Assembly (NCBI GenBank): GCA_039586365.1 | Contig: JBDHKN010000002.1 | Coordinates: 1 to 64,000 of the forward strand | Length of the DNA: 64,000 nt | Origin: Gemmatimonadota bacterium | GTDB lineage: Bacteria; Gemmatimonadota; Gemmatimonadetes; Gemmatimonadales; GWC2-71-9 | Direction: 5' to 3' | In this document: piece by piece, positions 10,500 through 20,546 of the stretch | How the letters are laid out: every line of letters begins with the position of its first letter | Numbering within the stretch: the stretch's first letter is position 1 | The notes under the pieces: generated by a model | What the model was told of the DNA's origin: nothing | The model's input: only the letters and a program-made list of their open reading frames with translations | Database searches by the model: none | Position numbers and translations under genes: made by a program

Positions 10500-10715
10500 T
10501 CAGTCCTCGACCATGCAGATTCCGCCTCGGATCAAGTAGCACCATCCCCGAATCGCCGTCATGTATTCTGAATTGGCATCGAAATCGTCGTCGCATGTTT
10601 CTACTGCCTCTGCGAGACAGGCTACCAGTTTGCTCTCCTGTGCGTCCGCCGGTTGCGGATTCGGTAAGATCCCGACCAAACCGGACAACAACGCGGCTGC
10701 AACGAAACGCCTCAT
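10500..10715 (-). CDS. Small secreted 4-Cys peptide (71 aa)
   Basis: Strong RBS GGAGGAGG; signal-like MRRFVAAALLSGLVGILPNPQPADA/Q; mature part C-x7-C-x17-C-x7-C. Confidence 0.7.
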   Translation of the reverse strand: MRRFVAAALLSGLVGILPNPQPADAQESKLVACLAEAVETCDDDFDANSEYMTAIRGWCYLIRGGICMVED

Positions 10716-10960
10716 AGGCACCTCCTCCACGTCTCGCGTGGTTCTCAGGGCCGACCAGGCGGTCAGTCCACTCGGGACCTGGCGCAAGTGTACCGCTCGA
10801 CGGCGCGAAGATCGTAACCGAACCAACGCGAACGGGTTCGTTTCCTTGCTATCGGTATCGGGGGGTGTGATTAGGTGGGATGACATTGAAAGGCCGCTGG
10901 CTCAACCACTCGGGAAGGCCGCGGCCTAGACACTATCTCCTTCAGACGATGGATGGGAGT

Positions 10961-11761
<801 letters not shown>

Positions 11762-11852
11762 AGCGGCGTCACGCCTCCCTATTCAAGTGCGCATGTCACG
11801 GTTGGGGCACGCACACCAATGAAACAGATGGTTCTGCTCTCCACCAGTCGTC

Positions 11853-12137
11853 CTATGGGGACGGGTGCCCCTGAGGCAGCCCTCCGCGTCCACGTACCTC
11901 TAGGAGAACCCGCTCCGTAAACTCAACTCGCTCAGCAAGATCCACCACCTCACCCCGGAGCTCGCCCAGCTCTTCCTCGATCCGCCCAGCCAGGTCGTCG
12001 AGACGTTCCGCAAGCAGGGGATCGACAGCACCACCGTGTTTGGCTCGCAGTGCCTCGGCAACCGCCGTGGACAAGTCCGAATGGAAGAACCAGCGGGCAC
12101 ACACGATAAGCGCGATGGCTAGGAACAGCGAGCCCAA
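11853..12137 (-). CDS. PspB-like small membrane protein, copy 5
   Basis: N-terminal TM, coiled coil, DLAERVEFTERVL; start uncertain (TTG). Confidence 0.7.
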   Translation of the reverse strand: MGSLFLAIALIVCARWFFHSDLSTAVAEALRAKHGGAVDPLLAERLDDLAGRIEEELGELRGEVVDLAERVEFTERVLLEVRGRGGLPQGHPSP

Positions 12138-12223
12138 CCGGCCCTCCTAAGTCTAAGATCTATTATTTGCACGACTTCCGCTACTTCTGCGGCAGCAGCC
12201 CTGAGGCCTCCGGCATACTGAAC

Positions 12224-12250
12224 TACGCCTCCGCCACACCTATTGTTTCA
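12224..12250 (-). promoter_or_regulatory. ECF-sigma-type promoter candidate
   Basis: TGAAAC-N17-CGTA in the intergenic gap before copy 5 and pspA; resembles the B. subtilis sigmaW consensus TGAAAC-N16-CGTA. Confidence 0.55.
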
Positions 12251-12262
12251 CGATTGAACGTT

Positions 12263-12559
12263 CTATTCGGGTTTCGGCAGCCCTGAACCGGGGGGAAGCT
12301 GGTCCAGATCCCGCTGCTTGGCCAGGAGTCGCTCAGTGAAATCGACCCGCTCCTGCACCTCGGACAGCTCCTGTCTGATGAGATCGAGCTCCTCCATGAC
12401 AGCAATCTGTGACTCTTCGAGGCGATCGATTGTCTCCTTGGCTGGACCTAAGCTCCCGCCTTTGATCCGCTCTGCGATGGCTCGGCCGATCGGCGAAACA
12501 CTGAGGAGGAACAGCGTCCCACCGCCAAAAATCAGAGTGATGGCGAGAATGTCTTCCAT
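12263..12559 (-). CDS. PspB-like small membrane protein, copy 4
   Basis: TM, SPIGRAIAERI, EVQERVDFTERLL. Confidence 0.85.
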   Translation of the reverse strand: MEDILAITLIFGGGTLFLLSVSPIGRAIAERIKGGSLGPAKETIDRLEESQIAVMEELDLIRQELSEVQERVDFTERLLAKQRDLDQLPPGSGLPKPE

Positions 12560-12862
12560 CTAGCCGCCCGCTCCCCCGGAATCGAGTCGCTGGCGTTGCT
12601 GTTGAGCCAACATCCGCTCGGTGAAGTCGATCCGTTCCTCGAGCTCCTGCAGCCGCTCGGCTCCCAGCTCCAAAGCGTCAACACGCACTCTGAGATCCTC
12701 AAGCTCGTGCAGCGCTGCGCCGCTGCTAGACGTCATCTGACGTTCGTGACGGCGATCCAGGTGACGGTTGATGGTCTTGTATACCAGCCACATCGCAAGC
12801 ACACCCATCCCCATCCCGAGTACTGGGAACACGACGTTCTGAATCCAGAGCCAGTCAGGCAT
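12560..12862 (-). CDS. PspB-like small membrane protein, copy 3
   Basis: Start MPDWLWIQ; TM, ELEERIDFTERML. Confidence 0.85.
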   Translation of the reverse strand: MPDWLWIQNVVFPVLGMGMGVLAMWLVYKTINRHLDRRHERQMTSSSGAALHELEDLRVRVDALELGAERLQELEERIDFTERMLAQQQRQRLDSGGAGG

Positions 12863-13148
12863 CAGTCTCACTCCCGAGCTGAGGACCGTCGCGGCGCATG
12901 GCCAGCAGACGCTCAGCGAAATCAACTCTTTCCTCGAGCTCCGCCACGCGGTCATCCGTAATGTCGGCCGAATCCAGCCTTACCTGCAGCAACCGCACTG
13001 CTTCCCGAAGGGAGACAACCTCGTCTGAGCTCGGGTGACTTGCGCTTCTTCGCTCCAAGTAGCGAACCCCGGCCTTCACAATCGGGAACAATATTACGAC
13101 CGTGGTAACCATACCCGCTAGCGGAATCAGCATATCCCAGTTGAACAT
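12855..13148 (-). CDS. PspB-like small membrane protein, copy 2
   Basis: TM, ELEERVDFAERLL. Confidence 0.85.
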   Translation of the reverse strand: MFNWDMLIPLAGMVTTVVILFPIVKAGVRYLERRSASHPSSDEVVSLREAVRLLQVRLDSADITDDRVAELEERVDFAERLLAMRRDGPQLGSETDA

Positions 13149-13150
13149 GG

Positions 13151-13429
13151 CTACTCGCTGTCTTGTTGTAGCAGCGGTGGCCCAGGCTGCTTCGCCAGCA
13201 TGCGCTCAGCGAAGTCGAGTCGTTCTTCCATCTCCGTCACACGATAACGGAGCTCATCGATTTCAGTGTGGAGCGCTTCAGTTTCTTGCAGGGAATTGTC
13301 TTGTAGTTTGCTTCCCGCCAGGCGCTCTCCGAGACCCTTCCCCAGTGGGCCGCGGAAAATCACAACCGCAGCTATGGAGATGAAGAGTGTCATGGGGACT
13401 AGGAAAGGTCCGATCTCAGCACCCATCAC
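13151..13429 (-). CDS. PspB-like small membrane protein, copy 1
   Basis: TM, GPLGKGLGERL, EMEERLDFAERML. Confidence 0.85.
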   Translation of the reverse strand: MMGAEIGPFLVPMTLFISIAAVVIFRGPLGKGLGERLAGSKLQDNSLQETEALHTEIDELRYRVTEMEERLDFAERMLAKQPGPPLLQQDSE

Positions 13430-13472
13430 CAGAGTCCTTTCTTGTGTCGGTTCCCGACCGTCTCCACACCAG

Positions 13473-13498
13473 TACGACAGGTAACCCGAATAGTGTCA
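13473..13498 (-). promoter_or_regulatory. ECF-sigma-type promoter candidate heading the PspB-like array
   Basis: TGACAC-N16-CGTA about 45 nt upstream of copy 1. Confidence 0.5.
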
Positions 13499-13548
13499 GT
13501 CATGGTGCTGCGAGGAAGTGCAACTGCACTCACCTCGCTTTCGCGGGC

Positions 13549-16389
13549 TCAGTTCAGCAAACGCCCTAGATATTTACCGGTGTATGAAGCTGGATTCTGC
13601 GCGATCTCCTCGGGAGCACCGGCCGCCACAACCATGCCTCCGGCATCTCCTCCCTCAGGACCCAAATCAATCACCCAGTCTGCCGTCTTCACAACCTCCA
13701 GATTGTGCTCGATCACTACAACCGTGTTTCCCTTGTCCACCAAGCGGTGCAGCACGTCAAGGAGCAGCCTGACGTCCTCAAAATGCAGTCCAGTGGTGGG
13801 TTCATCCAGTATGTACAGAGTGCGACCGGTGTCACGTTTGCTGAGTTCAGTAGCCAGCTTTACTCGCTGAGCCTCTCCTCCTGAGAGTGTAGTGGCGCTC
13901 TGGCCCAGGTGTACGTAACCGAGCCCAACATCATTCAGCAACTCCAGACGATGTCTAATGCGGGGCTGGTGCTCAAAGAATTCCAATGCGTCCGCCACTG
14001 TCATATCTAGGACGTCAGCAACGGAGCGGCCCTTGTACCGTACCTCGAGCGTTTCACGATTGTACCGCCGTCCCTTGCAGACATCACAGGAAACATAGAC
14101 ATCGGGAAGGAAGTGCATCTCTATCTTGACTAGCCCATCGCCCTGGCACGACTCGCACCGTCCTCCTTTGACGTTGAATGAGAACCGCCCTGGGCCGTAG
14201 CCACGGATTTTGGACTCGGCCAGCTGGGAGTACAGCGTCCTAATGGGTGTGAAGAGACCGGTGTAGGTTGCTGGATTCGACCGTGGCGTGCGCCCGATCG
14301 GACTCTGATCGATGTCCAGCACCTTGTCAATCGCCTCGAGCCCGTGAATGGACACATGCTTACCAGGGATGATCTTGGCTCCGTAGAAATGGCGTGCCAA
14401 GGCACGGTAGAGGATGTCAGATACCAAAGTCGATTTTCCGGATCCCGACACGCCGGTTACCGCGACGAAGGCACCCAGTGGGAACCGCACATGAATGTTC
14501 CTCAGGTTGTGTTGTTCGGCTCCTACCACAACGAGGGAGCGCTCTAGGTCTACCGGACGGCGGCTTGACGGAACTGCGATTCGCAGCTCCCCGCGCATGT
14601 ACCGACCGGTCAGCGATGTACGATGGTTGGAGACATCGTCCACCGTTCCCTCGACTATCACCCGCCCTCCGTCACGACCCGCCCTTGGTCCGAGATCGAT
14701 GACGTGATCTGCAGCCCGTATGGTTTCTTCGTCATGCTCTACTACAAGCACGGTGTTTCCCAGATCACGCAGCCCGGCAAGCGTGCCCAGCAGCCGTGCA
14801 TTGTCCCTCGGGTGCAGCCCGACTGACGGCTCGTCCAGAACGTACAGGACTCCGACCAGTCGACTGCCCACCTGCGTTGCCAACCTTATTCGTTGTACTT
14901 CTCCCCCGGCCAGCGACGATGCAGAACGACCCAAGGTCAGGTACTCCAACCCAACATCGCAGAGGAACCGTAGGCGGTCGCAGACTTCTTTGAGAATAGG
15001 CCGCGCGATTTCCGGGTCGAGGCCGGGCCGGCCCTTGCGGCGCAGGGGGAGATTGTCAAAGAAGGCGAGCGCCGCAGAAACCGAAAGGTCGACTAACTCC
15101 CCAATGTTCCTACCACCCACTAAGACACTTAGACTCTCCTGTCTCAGGCGATGCCCACCGCACTCTTCGCAGGGAAGCTGAGTCATGTACTCTTGCAGTT
15201 GATCCCGCACGGAATCCGAGCTAGTCTCCCTGTAGCGCCGTTCAACATTCCTCAGGATGCCCTCCCAGGGTGCTTCATAACGTCCCTGATGCCGATCCGA
15301 CTTGTAGCGGAACTTCAGCGTCCGACCTGGGATTCCGTACAGCAACGCTGCTTTGACAGAATCGGAGAGTTCTCCCCAAGGAGAGGATAGATCGAACTTG
15401 AGTTCCCGGGCCAGCGTCGGCAGCACCGTATTGCGTAAGTACCCGCGAGGTTCGCCCCACGGGAGGACCACTCCCTCCGGAATCGCGATTCTCGGATCGC
15501 CCAATACCAGATCAGGGCTTACAACCCGGCGTGTGCCGAGACCACCACAGTCGGGGCAGGCTCCGTATGGGGAGTTGAATGAGAACTGACGTGGCTCAAG
15601 CTCTGCCAGAGAGTAGCCGCATTCAGGACACGCGAATCGCTCAGCAAACAGCACGGTGTCGGCCGCCCTTCCGTGCCTGACTACGTGGATCAAACCTTCA
15701 GAGGCTCGCAGGGCTGTTTCCACCGAGTCGTGTAGTCTGCGCCGGTCTACCTCTCGTATCACCAGCCTGTCCACGAGAAGACCTATGTCATGGTTTACCC
15801 GTCGGTTCAGTCTGGGTGGATTCGCCAGGTCGTAAACCTCCCCATCAACCAGAACCCTGACGAAACCCTGGCGACGGGCGCCCTCGAAAAGATCCTTGAA
15901 CTCGCCCTTCCGTCCGCGCACCAGGGGAGCGATGATCTCGATCTTGGTTCCCGCGCGCCAACTGAGGATGACGTCGGTTATCTGCGACGCACTCTGGCGC
16001 TCGATCGGCGAGCCGTCGTTGGGGCAATGAGGAATGCCTACTCTGGCCCAGAGAAGCCGAAGGTAGTCGTAGATCTCGGTAACCGTGCCGACGGTGGAAC
16101 GTGGATTGTGACCCGCGGCCTTCTGCTCTATTGATATCGCAGGAGAGAGCCCCTCGATGGCATCGACATCGGGTTTCTCCATGAGGCCAAGGAACTGCCT
16201 GGCATAGGCGGAGAGGGACTCGACGTAGCGCCGCTGACCCTCAGCATATATGGTGTCGAAAGCGAGCGACGATTTCCCCGATCCCGAGAGGCCAGTTATG
16301 ACGGTCATCTTGTTGCGGGGTATCTCCACGTTCACGCTCTGCAGGTTGTGAACGCGGGCTCCGCGAACGATTAAGGGACTTTGTACCAT
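13549..16389 (-). CDS. uvrA: Excinuclease ABC subunit A
   Basis: [23 protein letters not shown], two ABC cassettes, Zn fingers, LSGGEAQR. Confidence 0.98.
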   Translation of the reverse strand: MVQSPLIVRGARVHNLQSVNVEIPRNKMTVITGLSGSGKSSLAFDTIYAEGQRRYVESLSAYARQFLGLMEKPDVDAIEGLSPAISIEQKAAGHNPRSTVGTVTEIYDYLRLLWARVGIPHCPNDGSPIERQSASQITDVILSWRAGTKIEIIAPLVRGRKGEFKDLFEGARRQGFVRVLVDGEVYDLANPPRLNRRVNHDIGLLVDRLVIREVDRRRLHDSVETALRASEGLIHVVRHGRAADTVLFAERFACPECGYSLAELEPRQFSFNSPYGACPDCGGLGTRRVVSPDLVLGDPRIAIPEGVVLPWGEPRGYLRNTVLPTLARELKFDLSSPWGELSDSVKAALLYGIPGRTLKFRYKSDRHQGRYEAPWEGILRNVERRYRETSSDSVRDQLQEYMTQLPCEECGGHRLRQESLSVLVGGRNIGELVDLSVSAALAFFDNLPLRRKGRPGLDPEIARPILKEVCDRLRFLCDVGLEYLTLGRSASSLAGGEVQRIRLATQVGSRLVGVLYVLDEPSVGLHPRDNARLLGTLAGLRDLGNTVLVVEHDEETIRAADHVIDLGPRAGRDGGRVIVEGTVDDVSNHRTSLTGRYMRGELRIAVPSSRRPVDLERSLVVVGAEQHNLRNIHVRFPLGAFVAVTGVSGSGKSTLVSDILYRALARHFYGAKIIPGKHVSIHGLEAIDKVLDIDQSPIGRTPRSNPATYTGLFTPIRTLYSQLAESKIRGYGPGRFSFNVKGGRCESCQGDGLVKIEMHFLPDVYVSCDVCKGRRYNRETLEVRYKGRSVADVLDMTVADALEFFEHQPRIRHRLELLNDVGLGYVHLGQSATTLSGGEAQRVKLATELSKRDTGRTLYILDEPTTGLHFEDVRLLLDVLHRLVDKGNTVVVIEHNLEVVKTADWVIDLGPEGGDAGGMVVAAGAPEEIAQNPASYTGKYLGRLLN

Positions 16390-16454
16390 AACCGCTGAAC
16401 GTAGAGCGCCTGGGCCTACTCGGTCAACGGTCCCACTGACTGTGGCCAGGTAAC

Positions 16455-16483
16455 TTGCCATCCCGCGTGTCAGGCCATAGTTT
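16455..16483 (+). promoter_or_regulatory. sigma70-type promoter candidate for the cutA operon
   Basis: TTGCCA-N17-TAGTTT about 32 nt before the cutA ATG. Confidence 0.4.
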
Positions 16484-16515
16484 GTCGATCCCTTCAACCG
16501 GTCGGGTCCAGTGGA

Positions 16516-16860
16516 ATGAGTTCCGGCGGTCAGGTTTCAGCTCTGGTGGTTCTGACCACACTCGCCAATATTCAGGATGCTCGATCCTTGGTGAGCCGGC
16601 TGGTGAACGATCGCCTTGTTGCCTGCGGAACAATCGTAGAAAATGCTCTGTCGGTTTACACGTGGCAGGGCCAGTTGGAGGAGACAGCAGAAACTCTGGT
16701 GGTTCTAAAGACCACGAGTGATCGCTGGGACGATCTGGAATCTGCGGTACACGAATTGCACACCTATGACGTACCAGAGCTTCTGGCGCTTCCTGTTGTG
16801 GAGGGACTCCCTGCATACCTAGGCTGGCTGGCCGACCAAACGGGAGACGAATCAGAATGA
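16516..16860 (+). CDS. cutA: Divalent-cation tolerance protein CutA
   Basis: LVACG, SVYTWQG, LKT, HTYDVPE, YLGW. Confidence 0.93.
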   Translation: MSSGGQVSALVVLTTLANIQDARSLVSRLVNDRLVACGTIVENALSVYTWQGQLEETAETLVVLKTTSDRWDDLESAVHELHTYDVPELLALPVVEGLPAYLGWLADQTGDESE

Positions 16861-17747
16861 CGCGGCGCAACCGGGGTAAGAAGCGGCGCATGAGGAAACG
16901 AGCCACACGGGAAGCAGCCCGATCACAGGCGGGGGCCAGCAGCGTGAGCGGCACGGCGGATTCGGCACTGCTCGAAGCGGCCAATGTTTCCCTGCAGAGA
17001 CTCCCGTTTGAACTCTCCGAGGACGATGTCTCGGTGGACCAACCTGAGCAGGTGGGATCGTCTCTTGGTGCAGCCCTTGTTGAGATACCTACCCCGGCAG
17101 AACAACCACCGATAGAGCCTCCTGGAGCTGTGGCCGAAGATGTCCTGGACCGAGCGGCGCGAGATGCCAGTGAGCAGGGAGATCTCGAGCGTGCAAGGCA
17201 GATTTATGCCGAACTCCTACGCATCGATCCAGACAACCTGACGGCCGGGAACAATCTCGCCTTGGTTCTTGATCGGATGGGAGCCCACGATGAAGCTCTC
17301 GAGCAGCTAGGTCGGTGCTTGGAGATCGATCCTACCAACGTACAAGTACTGGTGAATCGAGGAGCCACCCTAGCCACCCAGGGATGGTTCGGGCAAGCTG
17401 AGCTTGACCTCAGAGCTGCTTTACAGCACGATCCCGCCAACGCAGAGGCGCATTTCAATCTAGGTCTGGTAGTAGTGCGCAGAGGTCTTTGGGCGGAAGC
17501 AGTTCCGCCCCTACGACGTGCAATCGAACTGGACAGCAGTTTCGCTGCCGCCTACTTCTATCTTGGGGCTGCGCTGAACCACATTGATGACCTAGAAGGT
17601 TCCCTGCAGGCATACCAGCGAGCCACAGAACTCCAGCCTACCAATGCGGAAGCCTTCTACGGTCTGGGGATCATCCTTGACAGACTCAACAGACCTGACG
17701 AAGCTGCTCAGATGTATCGCCGCTCCCGGGAGCTTGCTGGGCGGTGA
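16857..17747 (+). CDS. Tetratricopeptide repeat protein
   Basis: About 6 TPR units (NNLA, FNLG, FYLG, YGLG); start uncertain. Confidence 0.85.
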   Translation: MTRRNRGKKRRMRKRATREAARSQAGASSVSGTADSALLEAANVSLQRLPFELSEDDVSVDQPEQVGSSLGAALVEIPTPAEQPPIEPPGAVAEDVLDRAARDASEQGDLERARQIYAELLRIDPDNLTAGNNLALVLDRMGAHDEALEQLGRCLEIDPTNVQVLVNRGATLATQGWFGQAELDLRAALQHDPANAEAHFNLGLVVVRRGLWAEAVPPLRRAIELDSSFAAAYFYLGAALNHIDDLEGSLQAYQRATELQPTNAEAFYGLGIILDRLNRPDEAAQMYRRSRELAGR

Positions 17748-18247
17748 TCCGCGTCGTAGTGGACGATATCGCGTTCGTGTCTGCGGACGCGGTGATCCGT
17801 CCCACGACGACCACTCTGGAGCCCACCTCTGCTTCCCTCCGCAGATTGGAACAAGTGGGGGGGCCGGGCTTCTGGAAACAACTCTCGCCACACTCTGAAC
17901 TCGCTGTAGGATCCGCCGTAGTAACCGCCGCCGGGGATCTGTCGGCAGATTATGTGGTGCACGCCGTGATTAGCAGCGCCGACCTGCCTGTCACAATTCA
18001 ACAAGTGAGGCAGGCACTGATCAGCGCACTGCAGCGAGCCGGAGATTGGCAGCTCGCCAGAGTGGCAATCCCACCGGTTGGGACAGGTGCGGGTAACCTC
18101 CAGATGGAAGATGCTGCGCAAGTGATGGTTGAAGTAATCAGCAAATCGATGACAGCGGCCACTTGCCCGCGGGAGGTGCTCATTGTGGTAGACAGTGAAG
18201 AAGACCGCGCCGTGTTCGACGTTTACTTGAAGAGACTGCGCCAGTGA
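17744..18247 (+). CDS. Macro-domain protein (degenerate loop 1)
   Basis: DDIA..ADAVI, GSAVVTAAGDL, YVVHAV, IPPVGTGAG; NAAN and GGG are replaced. Confidence 0.85.
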   Translation: MIRVVVDDIAFVSADAVIRPTTTTLEPTSASLRRLEQVGGPGFWKQLSPHSELAVGSAVVTAAGDLSADYVVHAVISSADLPVTIQQVRQALISALQRAGDWQLARVAIPPVGTGAGNLQMEDAAQVMVEVISKSMTAATCPREVLIVVDSEEDRAVFDVYLKRLRQ

Positions 18248-19791
18248 CCCGCCGTGCCGCTGCTGTGGGAATCGTGCTGATCTGGGCCGGTGCCCTGGCC
18301 TGGCTCGCGAAGAACGAGTACCTGCGGCCCCGCTCGGAGTTGCTGGCCGACGCGGCACTGCGGATACCGCCGGGGGCCAGTTACTATGTCCTCGAGTTGG
18401 GTGACCAACAGGTCGGTTATGCATCCAGCAAGGTGGACACTCTGCCGGACACGATCCAGGTGCAGGATGTTATGTTGCTGGAGTTCCCGGCGTTGGGAAC
18501 TGTCCAAAGAGTGGAGGCTCGCACAGAAGCGATCCTGACGCGGACGCTCCGATTGCGGAGTTTCGAAGCGGTGATGAGAGGTGATGGCGTTCGTTTCGCC
18601 GCTATCGGAACAGTCTCGGGTGACACTCTACTCACCGTGGCAGTCGAGAGCGGTGACAACCAACAGATCATAGAAATCCCATTGGAGCGTGAGATCGTCT
18701 TGCCCGCACTGCTTCCCCTCCATTTGGTGTTCGGGGCGGACCTGGTGGTCGGAGCTACGTACGCGATCCGGCTGTTTGACCCACTGTTGCTGCGGGAACG
18801 TGACATGGACGTCACCGTGACAGCCGAGTCGACCCTTGCAATCCCTGATTCGGCGTCTTACGACTCGACAACAGCCATGTGGGTGCCGGCACGGTGGGAC
18901 ACACTCCACGCCTGGCAGATTTCCCAGAACCTAGGTGGTGTCTCGCTTGACGCCTGGATCGACGAACTCGGTCAGGTGGTTGAAGCCACGTCACCAGTTG
19001 GATTCAACATGCGGCGCACTGCTTTCGAGATCGCATTCGAGAACTACCAGCGAGGTGGTGGTACACAGCTAGATGCACTGACCGGCGGTGACATAATTCG
19101 TCAGTCAGCAATCGCATCTAACGTCGTCTTGACTCCAAGCGACATTGACGAGTTGCGGGTGCTGTTGTCAGGCGTCGAGCCTGATGGGTTTGACCTAACC
19201 GGGGGGCGACAGACGATGAGCGGTGACACACTCATTATACGTCGTGAGGCCTCGGACCAACTGGCCGCCGATCCCGATCGTTTCTCACCCGACCGCAGCC
19301 GCGAGTTCGCCACATATACACAGCCCGGTCCCCTGATTCAGAGCCGCGACCCACGCATCCAGGCTCAGGCGCGCCAGATCGTGGGCCGGAGGAGAGATAC
19401 GGCGAACAGGGCGGAAGCACTGAACGATTGGGTGTACCAGAATATCGACAAGAGAATCACCATCAGCGTTCCCAGCGCCCTTGAGGTATTGGCAACCCGC
19501 CGCGGGGACTGCAACGAACACACCGTTCTCTACGTCGCCCTGGCTCGGGCCGCTGGCATCCCAGCGAGGACGGCTGCCGGGCTGGTCTACATGGGAGGTC
19601 GTTTCTACTATCACGCTTGGCCCGAGGTCTACCTCAAAGGGTGGGTTGCCGTGGACCCAACTTTGGGCCAGTTCCCGGCCGATGCAGCTCACCTACGGTT
19701 CACCATCGGCGGGTTGGCTCAGCAGGTCGAACTGGTGAGATTGATCGGGCGGCTGCAAATCGAGGTGTTGGCAACAGAAGAAGGACAATGA
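18244..19791 (+). CDS. Exported or membrane-anchored transglutaminase-like protein
   Basis: GDCNEH, YHAW, VDPT catalytic triad motifs; N-terminal hydrophobic segment. Confidence 0.88.
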   Translation: MTRRAAAVGIVLIWAGALAWLAKNEYLRPRSELLADAALRIPPGASYYVLELGDQQVGYASSKVDTLPDTIQVQDVMLLEFPALGTVQRVEARTEAILTRTLRLRSFEAVMRGDGVRFAAIGTVSGDTLLTVAVESGDNQQIIEIPLEREIVLPALLPLHLVFGADLVVGATYAIRLFDPLLLRERDMDVTVTAESTLAIPDSASYDSTTAMWVPARWDTLHAWQISQNLGGVSLDAWIDELGQVVEATSPVGFNMRRTAFEIAFENYQRGGGTQLDALTGGDIIRQSAIASNVVLTPSDIDELRVLLSGVEPDGFDLTGGRQTMSGDTLIIRREASDQLAADPDRFSPDRSREFATYTQPGPLIQSRDPRIQAQARQIVGRRRDTANRAEALNDWVYQNIDKRITISVPSALEVLATRRGDCNEHTVLYVALARAAGIPARTAAGLVYMGGRFYYHAWPEVYLKGWVAVDPTLGQFPADAAHLRFTIGGLAQQVELVRLIGRLQIEVLATEEGQ

Positions 19792-20546
19792 TCCGGCTCG
19801 AAGGACTGACAAAACTGTTCGGCAGGTTCACTGCCGTAGACTGCATCGATCTTCACGTCCCGCGGGGCGAGTTATTTGGCTTCTTGGGACCCAATGGGGC
19901 CGGCAAAACGACGACACTGCGTATGATTGCGGGGATCCTCCGGCCCACTGCTGGACGAGTCTGGATCGGCGGTGACGATCTCATAGCGCAGCCGATGGCA
20001 GCAAAGTCTCGACTCGGATTCATACCCGACCGACCCTTCATCTACGAGAAACTGACCGGATCCGAGTTTCTCCGCTTTGTAGCAGGTCTGTTTGGTCATG
20101 ACGGTCAGAAAGTCGAGTATCGTATCAACGAATTGCTGGATCTGTTCGAGCTCTCGGTCTGGAAGGACGAACTTATCGAATCCTACAGCCACGGCATGCG
20201 TCAGAAGCTCATCATCTCGAGTGCCCTTATACACCGGCCAGAGTGTATAGTCGTCGACGAACCCATGGTCGGATTGGATCCCAAAGGCGCTCGCTTGCTG
20301 AAAGACATCTTCCGCGGTTTCGCTGATCGTAATGGTACGGTTCTCATGAGCACGCACACACTGGAAGTGGCAGAGGCGATGTGCGACAGGATCGGCATCA
20401 TACAGGAAGGCAAGATCGTGGCCTGTGGATCGATGGACGAGCTGCGAAGGCAAACTGCAGCGGGTGATGTGTCTCTGGAAGAACTCTTTCTCAAACTCAC
20501 AGGTGGAGCAGCCGTCCGAGAACTCACGGCTGTGCTGGAAGATTGA
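19788..20546 (+). CDS. ABC transporter ATP-binding protein
   Basis: GPNGAGKTT, YSHGMRQK, DEPMVGLDP; start MIRLEG overlaps the upstream stop. Confidence 0.95.
   Translation: MIRLEGLTKLFGRFTAVDCIDLHVPRGELFGFLGPNGAGKTTTLRMIAGILRPTAGRVWIGGDDLIAQPMAAKSRLGFIPDRPFIYEKLTGSEFLRFVAGLFGHDGQKVEYRINELLDLFELSVWKDELIESYSHGMRQKLIISSALIHRPECIVVDEPMVGLDPKGARLLKDIFRGFADRNGTVLMSTHTLEVAEAMCDRIGIIQEGKIVACGSMDELRRQTAAGDVSLEELFLKLTGGAAVRELTAVLED

Noticed and set aside
17744..18247. Link between the macro domain and the GcvH-like genes (GcvH-L/sirtuin/macro operon type)
   Set aside because: About 13 kb apart in different operons; no sirtuin or lipoate ligase present.
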